From an uncultured Trueperaceae bacterium (GTDB lineage Bacteria > Deinococcota > Deinococci > Deinococcales > Trueperaceae), in NCBI GenBank assembly GCA_963799485.1, contig CAWCXJ010000005.1, forward strand, positions 96,001 through 160,000: a stretch of 64,000 nt of DNA, written 5' to 3'. This document shows positions 44,314 through 54,579 of the stretch, in pieces (position 1 is the stretch's first letter; the number at the start of each line of letters is the position of its first letter). The translations under genes were made by a program, and so were the position numbers. The notes beneath the pieces were generated by a model. The model was given only the letters and a program-made list of their open reading frames with translations. It searched no databases and was not told the origin of the DNA.

Positions 44314-46872
44314 CTATTCGGTCGGCGGGTTCAGGTAGCTCGTCAGCATCAAACCGTAATCGCCGGTGGTGGCGTTTGCCGGGTTGATGGAGTCCCAGGC
44401 GATAACGACGACGTAGTAGGTTCCGCCGGTCTCGCTGGTGTAGGTGGCGCGCGACTCGCGGCCGCTATAGTCGTCGTTAAAGGCGACCTGCTCAAAGTCT
44501 CCGTTATAGATGCCCAAAAGCGTATCGGGTACGCCGCTCTCTTCGGTCTCGACGTCGGCGACGAGTGTTTCGCCGGCGGCTACATCGACCTCGAAGATGT
44601 CGGCGTCGTCTTCACCTAAAGCGGCGTTTAGGGCGCTCCCGAGTGCGACGCTCTGCGCGCCGTCAAAGTTGACGTTTTGAATTGTCGTGCTGACGGCTTC
44701 GGCGCTGCCGTTGGGCTCTTGTTCGTCGCCGATAATGGGCGCGATGTCGAGGTCGTAGAGGTTGAAGGGGCTGTTAGCCGCCGGCGCGCCACTCACCTCG
44801 GAAACTTCGACGTAAACTACGCCGCCCTCGGGAGCCGTAAAGTCCACGAGCGGGTCGCTGCTAAAGGTCTGGTTGTCGTTGTTTTCAGCCAGCACCGAAC
44901 CGTCTTCGGCGTAGACCGTCAGGGCCGCGTCGAAGCTGCCGGTGGCGGTCTCGAAGTTGACGCGGTAGGGTGTGCCGCCGGTTACGGGTAGCGCGTACAC
45001 GTCTACGTCGGTGTCGGCGTTTTCGTCGTACAAGCTGGCGCGCAGCGTGAGGCTGTCCGCCCCGAGTTCGGCGGCGGTGGCGATCTCGCCGTTAGGCTCG
45101 AACGGATCATCGAAGGTATCGACGTCGAGTGCAACCTGCACGTTGGTGGTGTTGCCGGGGGTGATCGTCACGTCCGTTTCGGCGGTCGCGGCGGGAATGC
45201 CGGTCGTAGCGGTGTGCGGCCCGCTGACCTGGAGGGTATAGTCGCCCGCATCCATCTGCTGAAACAACCCGAGGCCCAGGGGGACGAAGAGCGAGCCGTC
45301 GGAAGTCTGGGTGTATTCGACGGCGTTGTCGCCCTCTTTAGGGATCAGGACCAGGCCGACAGTGGGAATCTGCACGTTGGGATTACTCGCGAGCACAGCA
45401 CTGACCAAAACCGAACCGCCGTCTTCAACCGGGTCGGAGGCCACTTTCAGCGCGCGCTGAACTGCTGCTGCCGAGTTGACAATTCCGGCACCGAGGGCGC
45501 TGCGGTCGTAGCCGCTGGGCTTGAAGGCGGTTTCGCGGAGGATGTGACGAACCTGTGCGGCGCTTAGAACGCCTGTAATGTTGCCGTTGGTGTCGCGTTC
45601 GGCGCTAGCCTCGAGCACCAGCGCGGCGGTACCGGCGGTCGCAGGGCTCGAGAACGAGGTGCCGTTAATATAGGTGTAGGCGTTTTCACCGTCGCAAGAG
45701 CTGCCGTCGGGGGTGGCGTAGATACAGCTGCGCGTCGTCGGCACCCAGATATTTTCACCGGGCGCAGCGACGTCTACCTGCAGACCGCGGTTCGAGAAGC
45801 TGGTACGCCCGTCTTGCGGAGTTGTCGCCGCGACGTTGATGAGGCCGGGAGTCCACGACGGGAACGACGGGCCTTCGGTCGGGGTGTTACCCGCCGAGGT
45901 CACCAGTACGATGCCCGAGCTGAGCATCAGGTCCATGGTGTCTTTGATGGCCTGGCTATAAAAGTCGCTACCCCACGACATGTTGACGACGTGGACGTAA
46001 GCACCGGTTTGGGGATCGGTACCGGGGGCGCGGTCGTCGCCACCGGGTTGTAGGTCGGGCCCGAGTACCGCAAAGATCGCCGAACTGATAATGGCCGAAT
46101 CGACGAGACCACCATCTTCGGGTTCGCTGATAGCGAGCGGCACGATGCTCGCGCCGTAAGCCGTGCCGAGGCCGCCAAGTTCGTTGCTGACCGCAGCGGC
46201 AGTTCCGGCAACCGAGGTTCCGTGATTGCCGGTGCCGTCGTGCGGCGTTTCGGGGGTGATAAAGGCGTCCTCGAGGGGTTCGCCTTCGCCCAGGTTAGCG
46301 GCCTTAAAACCGTCGAAACCCGGATAGAACATGTTGTCCACCAAGTCGGGGTGGCGGTGGTCGATAAAGTCGTCGAGAATCCCGATACGGATACCGGCAC
46401 CGGTAACCCCTTTATTCCAGGCTTCCAGCGAGTTCATCTGGCGGTGCATCCACTGCACGGCGAAGTCCGGGTCGGGAACGCTGACCTGGCTGGGGCTCAG
46501 GGTCGTTTTGACGCCACCCGCTCCGGCGGGGTCTTCGGGGCGGCGGTGAACATAGTTGGGTTCGGCGTAGCGAAGCCCGCGCAGGTATTGCGCGTTGGCC
46601 TGCGCCTTGGCGACCGGCAGACCCTTGGGCAGCGTCACGAGCGCCGCACCGATCTGCGACCAGTCGGTTTTGAGGGTACCGCCGAGCTTGCGGGCGAGGG
46701 CGGCGGCGTCGGCCCCTTTACGGTAGCCAATCACGAGTTCGCCCGCGATAAAGCCGCGGCTGTCGATCTGGTAGGTATAGTCCGGGGCGCTGGCCTGCGG
46801 TGCCCGAACGTTGGTCTGGCAGGCAGTCAGCGTCAAAAGCAGTAGTGCGCCGGTAAAGTAACGTCTCATCAC
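44314..46872 (-). CDS. S8 (subtilisin-like) serine peptidase lipoprotein with C-terminal PPC-like domains
   Basis: Lipobox LTAC; catalytic D (GILDD), H (HGTSVAG), N (SAGN), S (GTSFSSP); EPN..D.D repeats. Confidence 0.92.
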   Translation of the reverse strand: MMRRYFTGALLLLTLTACQTNVRAPQASAPDYTYQIDSRGFIAGELVIGYRKGADAAALARKLGGTLKTDWSQIGAALVTLPKGLPVAKAQANAQYLRGLRYAEPNYVHRRPEDPAGAGGVKTTLSPSQVSVPDPDFAVQWMHRQMNSLEAWNKGVTGAGIRIGILDDFIDHRHPDLVDNMFYPGFDGFKAANLGEGEPLEDAFITPETPHDGTGNHGTSVAGTAAAVSNELGGLGTAYGASIVPLAISEPEDGGLVDSAIISSAIFAVLGPDLQPGGDDRAPGTDPQTGAYVHVVNMSWGSDFYSQAIKDTMDLMLSSGIVLVTSAGNTPTEGPSFPSWTPGLINVAATTPQDGRTSFSNRGLQVDVAAPGENIWVPTTRSCIYATPDGSSCDGENAYTYINGTSFSSPATAGTAALVLEASAERDTNGNITGVLSAAQVRHILRETAFKPSGYDRSALGAGIVNSAAAVQRALKVASDPVEDGGSVLVSAVLASNPNVQIPTVGLVLIPKEGDNAVEYTQTSDGSLFVPLGLGLFQQMDAGDYTLQVSGPHTATTGIPAATAETDVTITPGNTTNVQVALDVDTFDDPFEPNGEIATAAELGADSLTLRASLYDENADTDVDVYALPVTGGTPYRVNFETATGSFDAALTVYAEDGSVLAENNDNQTFSSDPLVDFTAPEGGVVYVEVSEVSGAPAANSPFNLYDLDIAPIIGDEQEPNGSAEAVSTTIQNVNFDGAQSVALGSALNAALGEDDADIFEVDVAAGETLVADVETEESGVPDTLLGIYNGDFEQVAFNDDYSGRESRATYTSETGGTYYVVVIAWDSINPANATTGDYGLMLTSYLNPPTE

Positions 46873-46877
46873 GCCTC

Positions 46878-48530
46878 CTAAAAGCTGCCGTCGCCGGTGG
46901 AAAAGGTGTTTACGGGGCCGTCGGAAACGCCGAAACCGACGCCAAAGAAGTCGAAGAAGTCCGCGCCGACCGAGATGGCGTTTTCGCCCTCGATTTCACC
47001 TTCGCTACTTACCGTGCCGTTACTCGTGATGGCGACAGGTTGCCAGTCGTAACCGTGGAAGGGTTGCAGCGCGTCGTTGACGGCGCTGCCGTCTAGGTTA
47101 TGGGACAAGCTAAACTCGGTCTCGGCGCCGAGGTCGACGCCGAGAAAAACCCACTCGAGGGGACTGCCGTCGGCGTGAACCCGGTCGAGTACAGCTGCGC
47201 CGATGTAGAGCAGGTTGTCGCGGTTGTCTACGGCGATATCGTAGGTGGGGGAGACCGATACATCAACCGCGTTGTTATCGGGACTGAGCGCCGCGACCTC
47301 GAGGATCGGCAGCGGGGTGACAAACGCATCTTTGGACGTACTCGAGGCGTCGCCGTAAAACGCTTCGACGCGGTACTGGGTCTTTACGCCGGCCTCCAAG
47401 CCGGCGCTGGCGTCGCGGTAGCTGTACAGCGTGTTGTCTTCGTTTTCCGGGTCCAGCGACGCCTGCGCGGGACTAACCTGCGCGATAGGTACGAGGCCCC
47501 CGGCAGGCCGACCGATCAGCTTGCGGTAGATGCGAAAGCCGGTCGGGAGCGTGTCGCCGTCGTAACTAAAAACAACGTCGGCCCAGATCAAGCCCTCGTC
47601 GAGATAGCCTTGAGCTTTTACACCTGGCTGAGCCTTCGGAGCAAACGCTTTAAGCGCGCTCAAGTCATCTGCGCGCACGGCTTTCATCAGTTCGCGACCA
47701 CTAAAACCGACATCCGCACCGGCCCCGCCCGTGGTGCTGAGCGATCCGAACACGGCGGTGTCGGCAAACGTCACGGCGAACGCGCCCAGGTTGGTTACGT
47801 TGCCGAGGTCGGTTTCGTCTGCCGGAGCGCCGACGCTAACGTAACGCACGACTTCGGTGCGGTTGAAGTTGCCGTCGTAGGCGACGACGTGAACGCTCGT
47901 ATCGCCCTCGAAACCGGTAGTCGAGACCTCGACCGGCGTTTCGCTGCCGTCGAAGCCGAAGCTCGTTCCCGCTACCGAGGCGTTGAGGTAGCCCGAGGTG
48001 CCGCGTGACTGACCGAGCCCTACGGTTGCCAGCTCGTAAAATCTGGTGACGTCGGGATCGGCGACGCTGCCGCTGACCGTAAAGCTCAGGCTGCCGTCGT
48101 CGCCACCGGGGACGCTCGAGCCGTTTTCCAGGCTGACGTTTAGCGTGGGTGAGACCGTGGGTAAAAAGGGATCGAACGCTTCGGCTTGGATGGTGCTGTA
48201 CTTCGTTTCGGCGCGGTCGCCAACCCGCAACCCCTCGACCGTAGACGCTGCGTAACCGTCTTGAGAGAACGTCAGGTCGGCAAAACCCGCAGGGATACCG
48301 AAAAGTCGGTAAAAGCCGTTTTCGTCAGTGGTAGTGCTGATTTCGGTTCCGGCGAGCGTCACCACGGTACCGGTCACAGCGGTTCCGGCTTTGCGGTTGA
48401 CGACGTACCCCGAAACGCTGCCGGTACCCGGTGCCCAAGTCGCCGCGTCGAGCGGCGGCGTAGTGGTTTGTGAACAGGCCGCGAGCACAACGAGCAACGC
48501 TACGACCAGACTGCGCGGATAAAGCTTCAT
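46878..48530 (-). CDS. Lipoprotein with carboxypeptidase-regulatory-like beta-sandwich domain
   Basis: Lipobox LAAC; GSVSGYVV...TTTDENGFYRL..IPAG; co-oriented with the S8 gene. Confidence 0.8.
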   Translation of the reverse strand: MKLYPRSLVVALLVVLAACSQTTTPPLDAATWAPGTGSVSGYVVNRKAGTAVTGTVVTLAGTEISTTTDENGFYRLFGIPAGFADLTFSQDGYAASTVEGLRVGDRAETKYSTIQAEAFDPFLPTVSPTLNVSLENGSSVPGGDDGSLSFTVSGSVADPDVTRFYELATVGLGQSRGTSGYLNASVAGTSFGFDGSETPVEVSTTGFEGDTSVHVVAYDGNFNRTEVVRYVSVGAPADETDLGNVTNLGAFAVTFADTAVFGSLSTTGGAGADVGFSGRELMKAVRADDLSALKAFAPKAQPGVKAQGYLDEGLIWADVVFSYDGDTLPTGFRIYRKLIGRPAGGLVPIAQVSPAQASLDPENEDNTLYSYRDASAGLEAGVKTQYRVEAFYGDASSTSKDAFVTPLPILEVAALSPDNNAVDVSVSPTYDIAVDNRDNLLYIGAAVLDRVHADGSPLEWVFLGVDLGAETEFSLSHNLDGSAVNDALQPFHGYDWQPVAITSNGTVSSEGEIEGENAISVGADFFDFFGVGFGVSDGPVNTFSTGDGSF

Positions 48531-48801
48531 AAAACCTCCGAAAAAGAACGCGCTAACTTCCGATCCAACTAGCTAAAACTGCACAAGCTGCCAGACGCCT
48601 CCCCTCGCGCTTTGCCCTTGACCGAGCGCTCGAGTAGTGCTCGGTACAAGATGCATTACATTTAAGCATACGAAACTCCTCACAAAAGGGAAATACGCAT
48701 TTGGTGGTAACACTCTGCTAAGAGTCAAGTGCAAGCGTACCTCAAAATGCCCTTTTGAAGCTACCCCGCCGCCTTGAGACGCCTGAAATATCGCCGCTTA
48801 T

Positions 48802-48833
48802 CTGACAAAACGCTGACGCAACCCCCGTATTCT
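48802..48833 (+). promoter_or_regulatory. Pho-box-like direct repeat and -10 upstream of pstS
   Basis: CTGAC at 48802 and 48813 (11-bp period), TATTCT at 48828. Confidence 0.5.
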
Positions 48834-48880
48834 CACTCTGTACTGCTTTTGCCCTGTACCACTTCTAGGAGGATATCTAA

Positions 48881-49855
48881 GTGAAACAACTTCTTGCACT
48901 GCTCGCTCTTGGCGCTGCCGCTTCTGGTACGGCGTTCGCCCAGTCCATCGCCGTAGACGGTTCTTCAACGGTTTATCCCATCTCGCTGGCGATGGCTGAA
49001 GAGTTCCAGATCATCAACCCCGACGCCCAGGTTACCGTCGGTTTTGCCGGTACCGGCGGCGGTTTTGAGCGCTTTTGCGCCGGTGAAACCCAGGTTTCAG
49101 ATGCCAGTCGCGTCATTCAAGACGATGAGGTCGCCGCCTGCGACGCTGCCGGTATCCCTTTTATCGAGCTGCCGATTGCCGCCGACGCGCTGACCGTCGT
49201 CGTCAACCCCAAAAACGACTTTGTAACTTGTTTGACGACCGAGCAGCTGACCCAAATCTGGTCAGCGGGTGGCGGCGTCACCAACTGGAGCGACGTCAAC
49301 CCCGACTGGCCCGCTGAACCCATCGACCTCTACGCCCCCGGCGTCGATTCGGGAACGTTCGACTACTTTAACGAAGCCATTATCGGCGACGGCAACGAGA
49401 TTCGCCAGGACTTCTCGCCCAGCGAAGACGACAACGTACTCGTGCAAGGCGTCCAGGGCAACGAGTATGCGATGGGCTTTTTCGGTTACGCCTACTACGC
49501 CGAAAACCCCGACACGCTAAAAGCCGTTGAAATCGACAACGGCAACGGCTGTGTCGCGCCGAGCGCCGAAGCCGTCGTAGATGCGTCTTACGAGCCGCTC
49601 TCACGCCCGCTATTTATCTACGTCAGCCAAAACGCGGTCGACAACACTCCGGCGGTTGGCGATTTCGTCAACTTCTACCTTTCGCCGGATAACCGTGAGC
49701 TGATTACCAGCACGGGCTATGTAGCCTACGACGCCGCCGTGTACGAGGCTGTGCAAGGCCGTTTTGACAACCGCGTTACCGGGAGTGCCTTCGCTAACTT
49801 TCAGCCGGGTGACAACGTAATTGAAGCGGTGCAGAGCGCTGAAGAAGCTCAGTAA
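48881..49855 (+). CDS. pstS: Phosphate ABC transporter substrate-binding protein
   Basis: DGSSTVYP, GTGGGFERFC, DSGTFDYF, SEDDNVLV, LSRPLFIY. Confidence 0.95.
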   Translation: MKQLLALLALGAAASGTAFAQSIAVDGSSTVYPISLAMAEEFQIINPDAQVTVGFAGTGGGFERFCAGETQVSDASRVIQDDEVAACDAAGIPFIELPIAADALTVVVNPKNDFVTCLTTEQLTQIWSAGGGVTNWSDVNPDWPAEPIDLYAPGVDSGTFDYFNEAIIGDGNEIRQDFSPSEDDNVLVQGVQGNEYAMGFFGYAYYAENPDTLKAVEIDNGNGCVAPSAEAVVDASYEPLSRPLFIYVSQNAVDNTPAVGDFVNFYLSPDNRELITSTGYVAYDAAVYEAVQGRFDNRVTGSAFANFQPGDNVIEAVQSAEEAQ

Positions 49856-49888
49856 ACTGAAAAAGCTCAGCAAAGCTGTAAAGCGCAC

Positions 49889-49957
49889 CTGACGCTCAGC
49901 TGACACTGCGCTGAAATACCTAGACTAAGCTAGTCCTTAGCTGAGGACTGGCTTTTT
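49889..49957 (+). promoter_or_regulatory. Second Pho-box-like repeat, -10 and terminator-like hairpin between pstS and pstC
   Basis: CTGAC 49889, CTGAC 49900, CTGAA 49911; TAGACT at 49921; hairpin GCTAGTCCT/AGGACTGGC plus TTTTT. Confidence 0.5.
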
Positions 49958-49987
49958 CTTATTCAATTCTTTAGTCCGGGAGATTAC

Positions 49988-50932
49988 ATGGCGACCAGAA
50001 CGCCGAATTCGGTGCTAGATAGGGCTCGAGCTGTGGGCCTCAACAAACGTACAAGTCGGCGGGCTGGCGAGGCTGTTATCGGGACGCTCCTGCTCTTGTG
50101 CGCGCTCATCTCGGTGGTGACGACGGTTGCCGTCGTTTTTTCCATCGCCGAGGAAACGGTGCAGTTTTTCCGCGAAGTCTCTGTCGCCGAGTTCTTTACC
50201 AGCCGCGTCTGGGCGCCGCTTTTTGCCACCAAAAGCTTCGGTATCGCGCCGCTCGTGATCGGCACGCTGATGGTCACCTTTATCGCCTGCATCATCGGTT
50301 TGCCGCTAGGCCTCGGCGCGGCGATCTACCTCGCCGAATTTGCGGGCGATAAAACGCGCCGCACGATTACCCCGATTTTAGAGGTGCTGGCAGGCATTCC
50401 CACGGTAGCGCTCGGCTACTTTGCGCTGCTCTTCGTAACGCCGGTTATTCGCAATATCATCCCCGGCGTAAATTTTTTCAACCCGATTTCAGCAGGGATT
50501 GTTATGGGTTTTATGATCATGCCGACGGTCACGTCGATCTCGGTCGATTCGCTGCGCGCAGTACCCCGGAGTTTACGCGAAGCGGGCTACGGTCTCGGCG
50601 CGTCGAAGTATGAGCTGATTACCAGGGTGATCGTCCCGGCGGCGCTTTCAGGTATCGTGGCGTCGTTTATTCTGGCGATCTCGAGGGCTATCGGTGAAAC
50701 GATGATCGTGACGCTCGCCGCCGGTCAAAAACCGACTTTCACCCTCGACCCACGCGAAACGATTGCTACGATGACCTCGTTTATCGTCCAGGCCGGAACC
50801 GGCGACCAGCCTGCCGGATCGATCGGGGCGCGCTCACTCTACGCGGTCGCCGCCGTGCTCTTTACCATGACGCTGCTTCTCAATATCGCGTCGCAACAGG
50901 TCGTGCAGCGCTTTTCGGAGCGTTACGAATGA
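49988..50932 (+). CDS. pstC: Phosphate ABC transporter permease PstC
   Basis: FGIAPLVIGT, LAGIPTV, SRAIGETM. Confidence 0.95.
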   Translation: MATRTPNSVLDRARAVGLNKRTSRRAGEAVIGTLLLLCALISVVTTVAVVFSIAEETVQFFREVSVAEFFTSRVWAPLFATKSFGIAPLVIGTLMVTFIACIIGLPLGLGAAIYLAEFAGDKTRRTITPILEVLAGIPTVALGYFALLFVTPVIRNIIPGVNFFNPISAGIVMGFMIMPTVTSISVDSLRAVPRSLREAGYGLGASKYELITRVIVPAALSGIVASFILAISRAIGETMIVTLAAGQKPTFTLDPRETIATMTSFIVQAGTGDQPAGSIGARSLYAVAAVLFTMTLLLNIASQQVVQRFSERYE

Positions 50933-52308
50933 AAGCATCTATCGAAGCTCCCGCTGTGGCGCGCCGCCCCGCCAAACGCCTCGTCAGCGCCGGCGAAGCG
51001 CGTCGCCTTGCTGCGCGTACCCGGATGGGCCGCATTTTCGCGGTCGTGACTTTCGTTCCGGTCGTGCTGGCGGTCGCGCTCGTTGTTACTTTGTTGCTCG
51101 ATACGCTTTTCGATACCTTTTCATGGCAGATCGTCGAACCGAGTAGCAGCGTCAGTGCTCAGACGTTTGCGTGGTCGGCGGCACCCCTTGGGGGTTACCA
51201 GGTTGTCCGCCTAGACCTCGAGGCGCAAGGCGAAACCCCGGCAGACATCGCCGCGTTTTTCAACGACCCTGAAGAGCTGCGCCTGTTCAACGCGCGCAAC
51301 CGCATCGAACTGATGTGGCGCACGCAGGACGGCCCCTTTCGCTGGGTCGTCACCAACAGTCGTGACGACGGCGTTGCCGACATCGGACTGTTCGGCGTCA
51401 ACGGTTATTTGAGCGGAGTACGAGATGACCTGGCAGAGCAAGACGCAGCGGATTTAGAACCTGCCGCACAAATTCTCCTAACCCGCCTGCAAGCTGCGAA
51501 TTTGGCTTCGTGGAATCCTTTTGCCAACACCGGTCTGCTGGCAAGCACCTTGACAGAGGGTCAAAATCTCTACCTAAACCCGTGGCTCGACTTTTCGTTC
51601 TTGACCAAAAACGCCTCGCGTACACCGGTGGTGGCGGGGCTCAGCGTCGCTTTATTGGGGACACTCTGGGTTATCGGTCTGGTCATTTTGTTTACTCTGC
51701 CGACCGGCGTCGGCGCGGCGATTTACCTCGAGGAGTACGCCTCGGCAAACCGGTTCTCACGACTTTTAGAGGTCAATATCCGCAACCTGGCAGGCGTTCC
51801 CAGCATCGTTTACGGCATTTTGGGTCTTTACCTGTTTGTGCGTCTGGCAAACATCGGCCCGACGATTTTGTCGGCCGCCCTGACCCTTTCGCTGCTCGTT
51901 TTGCCGGTCGTGATTATCGCGGCGCGTGAGGCGATCCGCGCCGTTCCGAGTACGTTACGGCAAGCGAGCTACGGCCTCGGCGCAACCAAGTGGCAAACGG
52001 TCGTTTCGGTCGTTCTGCCTAACTCGGTCGGTGGTATCGTCACCGGCGTTATTCTAGCGATTGCCAGGGCTATCGGTGAAACCGCGCCGCTCCTCTTGGT
52101 CGGCGCAGTCGGTTTTATCGTCTTCCCCCCCGACGGCCCGTTTTCGCGTTATACGGTGATTCCTTCACAGATTTACAACTGGATTGCTGAAAACGACCCC
52201 GAGTTCGCGCACGTCGCCTCGGCGGGTATTATCGTGCTGCTCGTTATCTTGTTTGTTCTTTACGGTCTGGCTTTTTATCTGCGCCGCCGTTTCGAGCGTT
52301 CGTGGTAA
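50929..52308 (+). CDS. pstA: Phosphate ABC transporter permease PstA with a large extracytoplasmic insert
   Basis: [28 protein letters not shown]; about 160 aa hydrophilic segment after TM1. Confidence 0.92.
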   Translation: MKASIEAPAVARRPAKRLVSAGEARRLAARTRMGRIFAVVTFVPVVLAVALVVTLLLDTLFDTFSWQIVEPSSSVSAQTFAWSAAPLGGYQVVRLDLEAQGETPADIAAFFNDPEELRLFNARNRIELMWRTQDGPFRWVVTNSRDDGVADIGLFGVNGYLSGVRDDLAEQDAADLEPAAQILLTRLQAANLASWNPFANTGLLASTLTEGQNLYLNPWLDFSFLTKNASRTPVVAGLSVALLGTLWVIGLVILFTLPTGVGAAIYLEEYASANRFSRLLEVNIRNLAGVPSIVYGILGLYLFVRLANIGPTILSAALTLSLLVLPVVIIAAREAIRAVPSTLRQASYGLGATKWQTVVSVVLPNSVGGIVTGVILAIARAIGETAPLLLVGAVGFIVFPPDGPFSRYTVIPSQIYNWIAENDPEFAHVASAGIIVLLVILFVLYGLAFYLRRRFERSW

Positions 52309-52333
52309 CCGAAACAGCCACCAAAGGAGTTTT

Positions 52334-53170
52334 ATGACAACAGCGACGAAGCCCCAACCCGGTGAACCTAAAGCGTTCGATTTCAAGCAGGCGTCGGTGC
52401 GAACCGACCCGGTAGGCGATGAACAGTCCGTCGTGAGTATTCACGACTTCAGCCTCTGGTACGGCGACTTTCGGGCACTTCACAACATTTCGCTCAACGT
52501 CCCGAAAAATCAAGTGACGGCTTTGATCGGCGCGTCGGGTTGCGGTAAATCGACGCTGCTGAGAAGCATCAACCGCATGAACGACCTTATCCCGACGGTT
52601 AAAACGGAGGGTACGGTTACTTATGAAGGCGTCGACCTCTACGACCGCGCCGTCGATCCGGTCGAGGTGCGTCGCCGCGTCGGGATGGTTTTTCAAAAGC
52701 CCAACCCGTTCCCCAAATCGGTTTTCGATAACGTCGCCTTCGGCCCCCGGCTCAACGCGTACAAGGGCGACCTGAACGCGCTCGTCGAGAAATCTTTACG
52801 GCGCGCGGCCTTGTGGGAAGAGGTCAAGGACAAGCTCAAAGGCTCCGGTTTGGGACTCTCGGGCGGTCAGCAGCAGCGTCTTTGTATCGCCCGGGCGATG
52901 GCGACCGAACCCGACATCATCTTGATGGACGAACCGACCTCGGCGTTAGACCCGATGTCCACGGACAAGATTGAACAGCTGATTCACGAGATTAAAAAGG
53001 AATACACGGTTATCATCGTGACGCACAACATGCAGCAGGCAGGGCGCGTTTCCGACCGGACGGCGTTTATGCACCTCGGCGTGTTGATCGAAGAGGGGCC
53101 GACCGACCAGATTTTCACGAACCCCAAACACGAGATGACCGAGCGCTACGTCGAGGGACGGTTCGGTTAG
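52334..53170 (+). CDS. pstB: Phosphate ABC transporter ATP-binding protein
   Basis: [39 protein letters not shown] at 52334 after AAGGAG. Confidence 0.96.
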   Translation: MTTATKPQPGEPKAFDFKQASVRTDPVGDEQSVVSIHDFSLWYGDFRALHNISLNVPKNQVTALIGASGCGKSTLLRSINRMNDLIPTVKTEGTVTYEGVDLYDRAVDPVEVRRRVGMVFQKPNPFPKSVFDNVAFGPRLNAYKGDLNALVEKSLRRAALWEEVKDKLKGSGLGLSGGQQQRLCIARAMATEPDIILMDEPTSALDPMSTDKIEQLIHEIKKEYTVIIVTHNMQQAGRVSDRTAFMHLGVLIEEGPTDQIFTNPKHEMTERYVEGRFG

Positions 53171-53328
53171 GCTGACTGAACCATCTTCGGCAGGTGTGCT
53201 GAAGCCTGACGAAGCGAGGCTCGAGCAACCCTTCAAGTATGTGTCGGCGCTGAAGACCCATTTTCGAGCGCAACTACCAAACCGGCTGCAAAATCAACTG
53301 CAAAACCAACACCAGAGATTGCCCCGAA

Positions 53329-54066
53329 CTATTCGCCGGCTTTCTCCTGCAAAACGGGCCGCTGTGAACGAAAATTGAGCTGTAGCGAGTGCAGCGTGTA
53401 ATAAACCGGGTAGACCAGCGACACATAAAGGAGCCCCGTCCTGAGCGCGCCTTGCTCGAGCAGCAGCGCCGCCAGACAGAGCAAACTCCACACCGAACCC
53501 AGCGCGACGTGCAGCGTGCGTCCGCGCGGCAAACGGCTCACGTATAAAAAGCGCACCGGTACGAAAACCAGTAGCGACAAGCTTAAAATCAGCAGGGTAT
53601 TAAACAGCGGCGGTGTTTGCAGCAGATAAAGGTAAAATACGACGATGCCCCAGTACGACGGAAACCCGACGAAAAAGCCCGCGTCGGCGAGTTTGGCGGT
53701 CGTGCGGGAAAAACCGAAGGCCGAAGAGAACATCGCAAACGCCGCAATCAGTACGGCGGGCGGCACCAGCAGTTTGGCTTGCAACAAGAGCAGCATCGGC
53801 AGAACCACATAGCTCGTAAAGTCGATGATGTTGTCGAGCAGTCCACCGTCGATGGCGGCGGCGGTCTCTTTAACGCGGTATTTGCGCGCCAGCGCGCCGT
53901 CGGTCGCGTCGATGACCATCGTTACGGCAATCGCGCCGAGCGCCCAGCGAAACGTTCCTTCTAGCAGCCACTGCACCGCCAAGGCCACAAAAAAAAGCGT
54001 CGAAGCGGTGTAGATGTGAACAAGGTAGCCCTGAACGGTTTCCTGAATGGTGTCTCGGCTCGGCAT
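53329..54066 (-). CDS. CDP-alcohol phosphatidyltransferase of the phosphatidylcholine-synthase (Pcs) type
   Basis: VHIYTAS; DGxxAR-x12-GxxxDxxxD; FVGFPSYW. Confidence 0.8.
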   Translation of the reverse strand: MPSRDTIQETVQGYLVHIYTASTLFFVALAVQWLLEGTFRWALGAIAVTMVIDATDGALARKYRVKETAAAIDGGLLDNIIDFTSYVVLPMLLLLQAKLLVPPAVLIAAFAMFSSAFGFSRTTAKLADAGFFVGFPSYWGIVVFYLYLLQTPPLFNTLLILSLSLLVFVPVRFLYVSRLPRGRTLHVALGSVWSLLCLAALLLEQGALRTGLLYVSLVYPVYYTLHSLQLNFRSQRPVLQEKAGE

Positions 54067-54226
54067 TACAGAGAGCGTAGCACGTTACCCGTAAAAACCC
54101 GGTGTAGTCTCTCGAACAAGGTCAAGTAAATCGGTCATGCAAGTTGGCAGGGGAGCTGAGAATAAAGAACGCTTTGATTTTTCCCTGGCACTCTGTTTTC
54201 TACTTCTCCCAACGCTACGCCGCCGG

Positions 54227-54269
54227 TTCTCACTGTCTTAAGTTCTCACTATCTTAAACTCTCACTGTC
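54227..54269. repeat. Imperfect 16-bp tandem repeat, about 2.7 copies
   Basis: TTCTCACTGTCTTAAG TTCTCACTATCTTAAA CTCTCACTGTC. Confidence 0.75.
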
Positions 54270-54288
54270 CTGTCGGGCAGCTTCGGGT

Positions 54289-54450
54289 TCAGTCCTTAAA
54301 CCGTCTCGAGACGCTCATCAAACCGCTGCCGGCCAAAATAACGACGCCGACTACCACCCACGGCGTCGGAACACCGAGCAGGTCGGCCCCGAGCGCAAGG
54401 CCCAAAATCAGCAAACAGTAACCGAGGAGATATAAAAGCGTTTGGGACAC
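54289..54450 (-). CDS. Small two-TM membrane protein, 53 aa, below the ORF-track cutoff
   Basis: GTG start; MSQTLLYLLGYCLLILGLALGADLLGVPTPWVVVGVVILAGSGLMSVSRRFKD*. Confidence 0.65.
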   Translation of the reverse strand: MSQTLLYLLGYCLLILGLALGADLLGVPTPWVVVGVVILAGSGLMSVSRRFKD

Positions 54451-54579
54451 CCTCTACTTTACGGCATTCGGGATAGCCTCGGCCTGAGGTTTTGCACGGT
54501 TTTCGTGAAGCCGGCTTCACCGGATTTGTGGCGCAGCTTGCCTGAAAAGGGGCTCGAGGGGATGCTACGATAAGCTATC

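Noticed and set aside
48620..48645. Hairpin ACCGAGCGCT...AGTGCTCGGT as a riboswitch or terminator
   Set aside because: No U tract or aptamer motif; left unassigned
49839..49874. 18-bp duplication at the pstS stop as an integration scar
   Set aside because: The copies are adjacent with nothing between them; simple slippage is sufficient
53171..53328. phoU or a small gene after pstB
   Set aside because: Only low-complexity CTGCAAAA repeats; no PhoU similarity
54227..54269. CRISPR array
   Set aside because: Units are 16 bp, contiguous, without spacers, and there are no cas genes in the window
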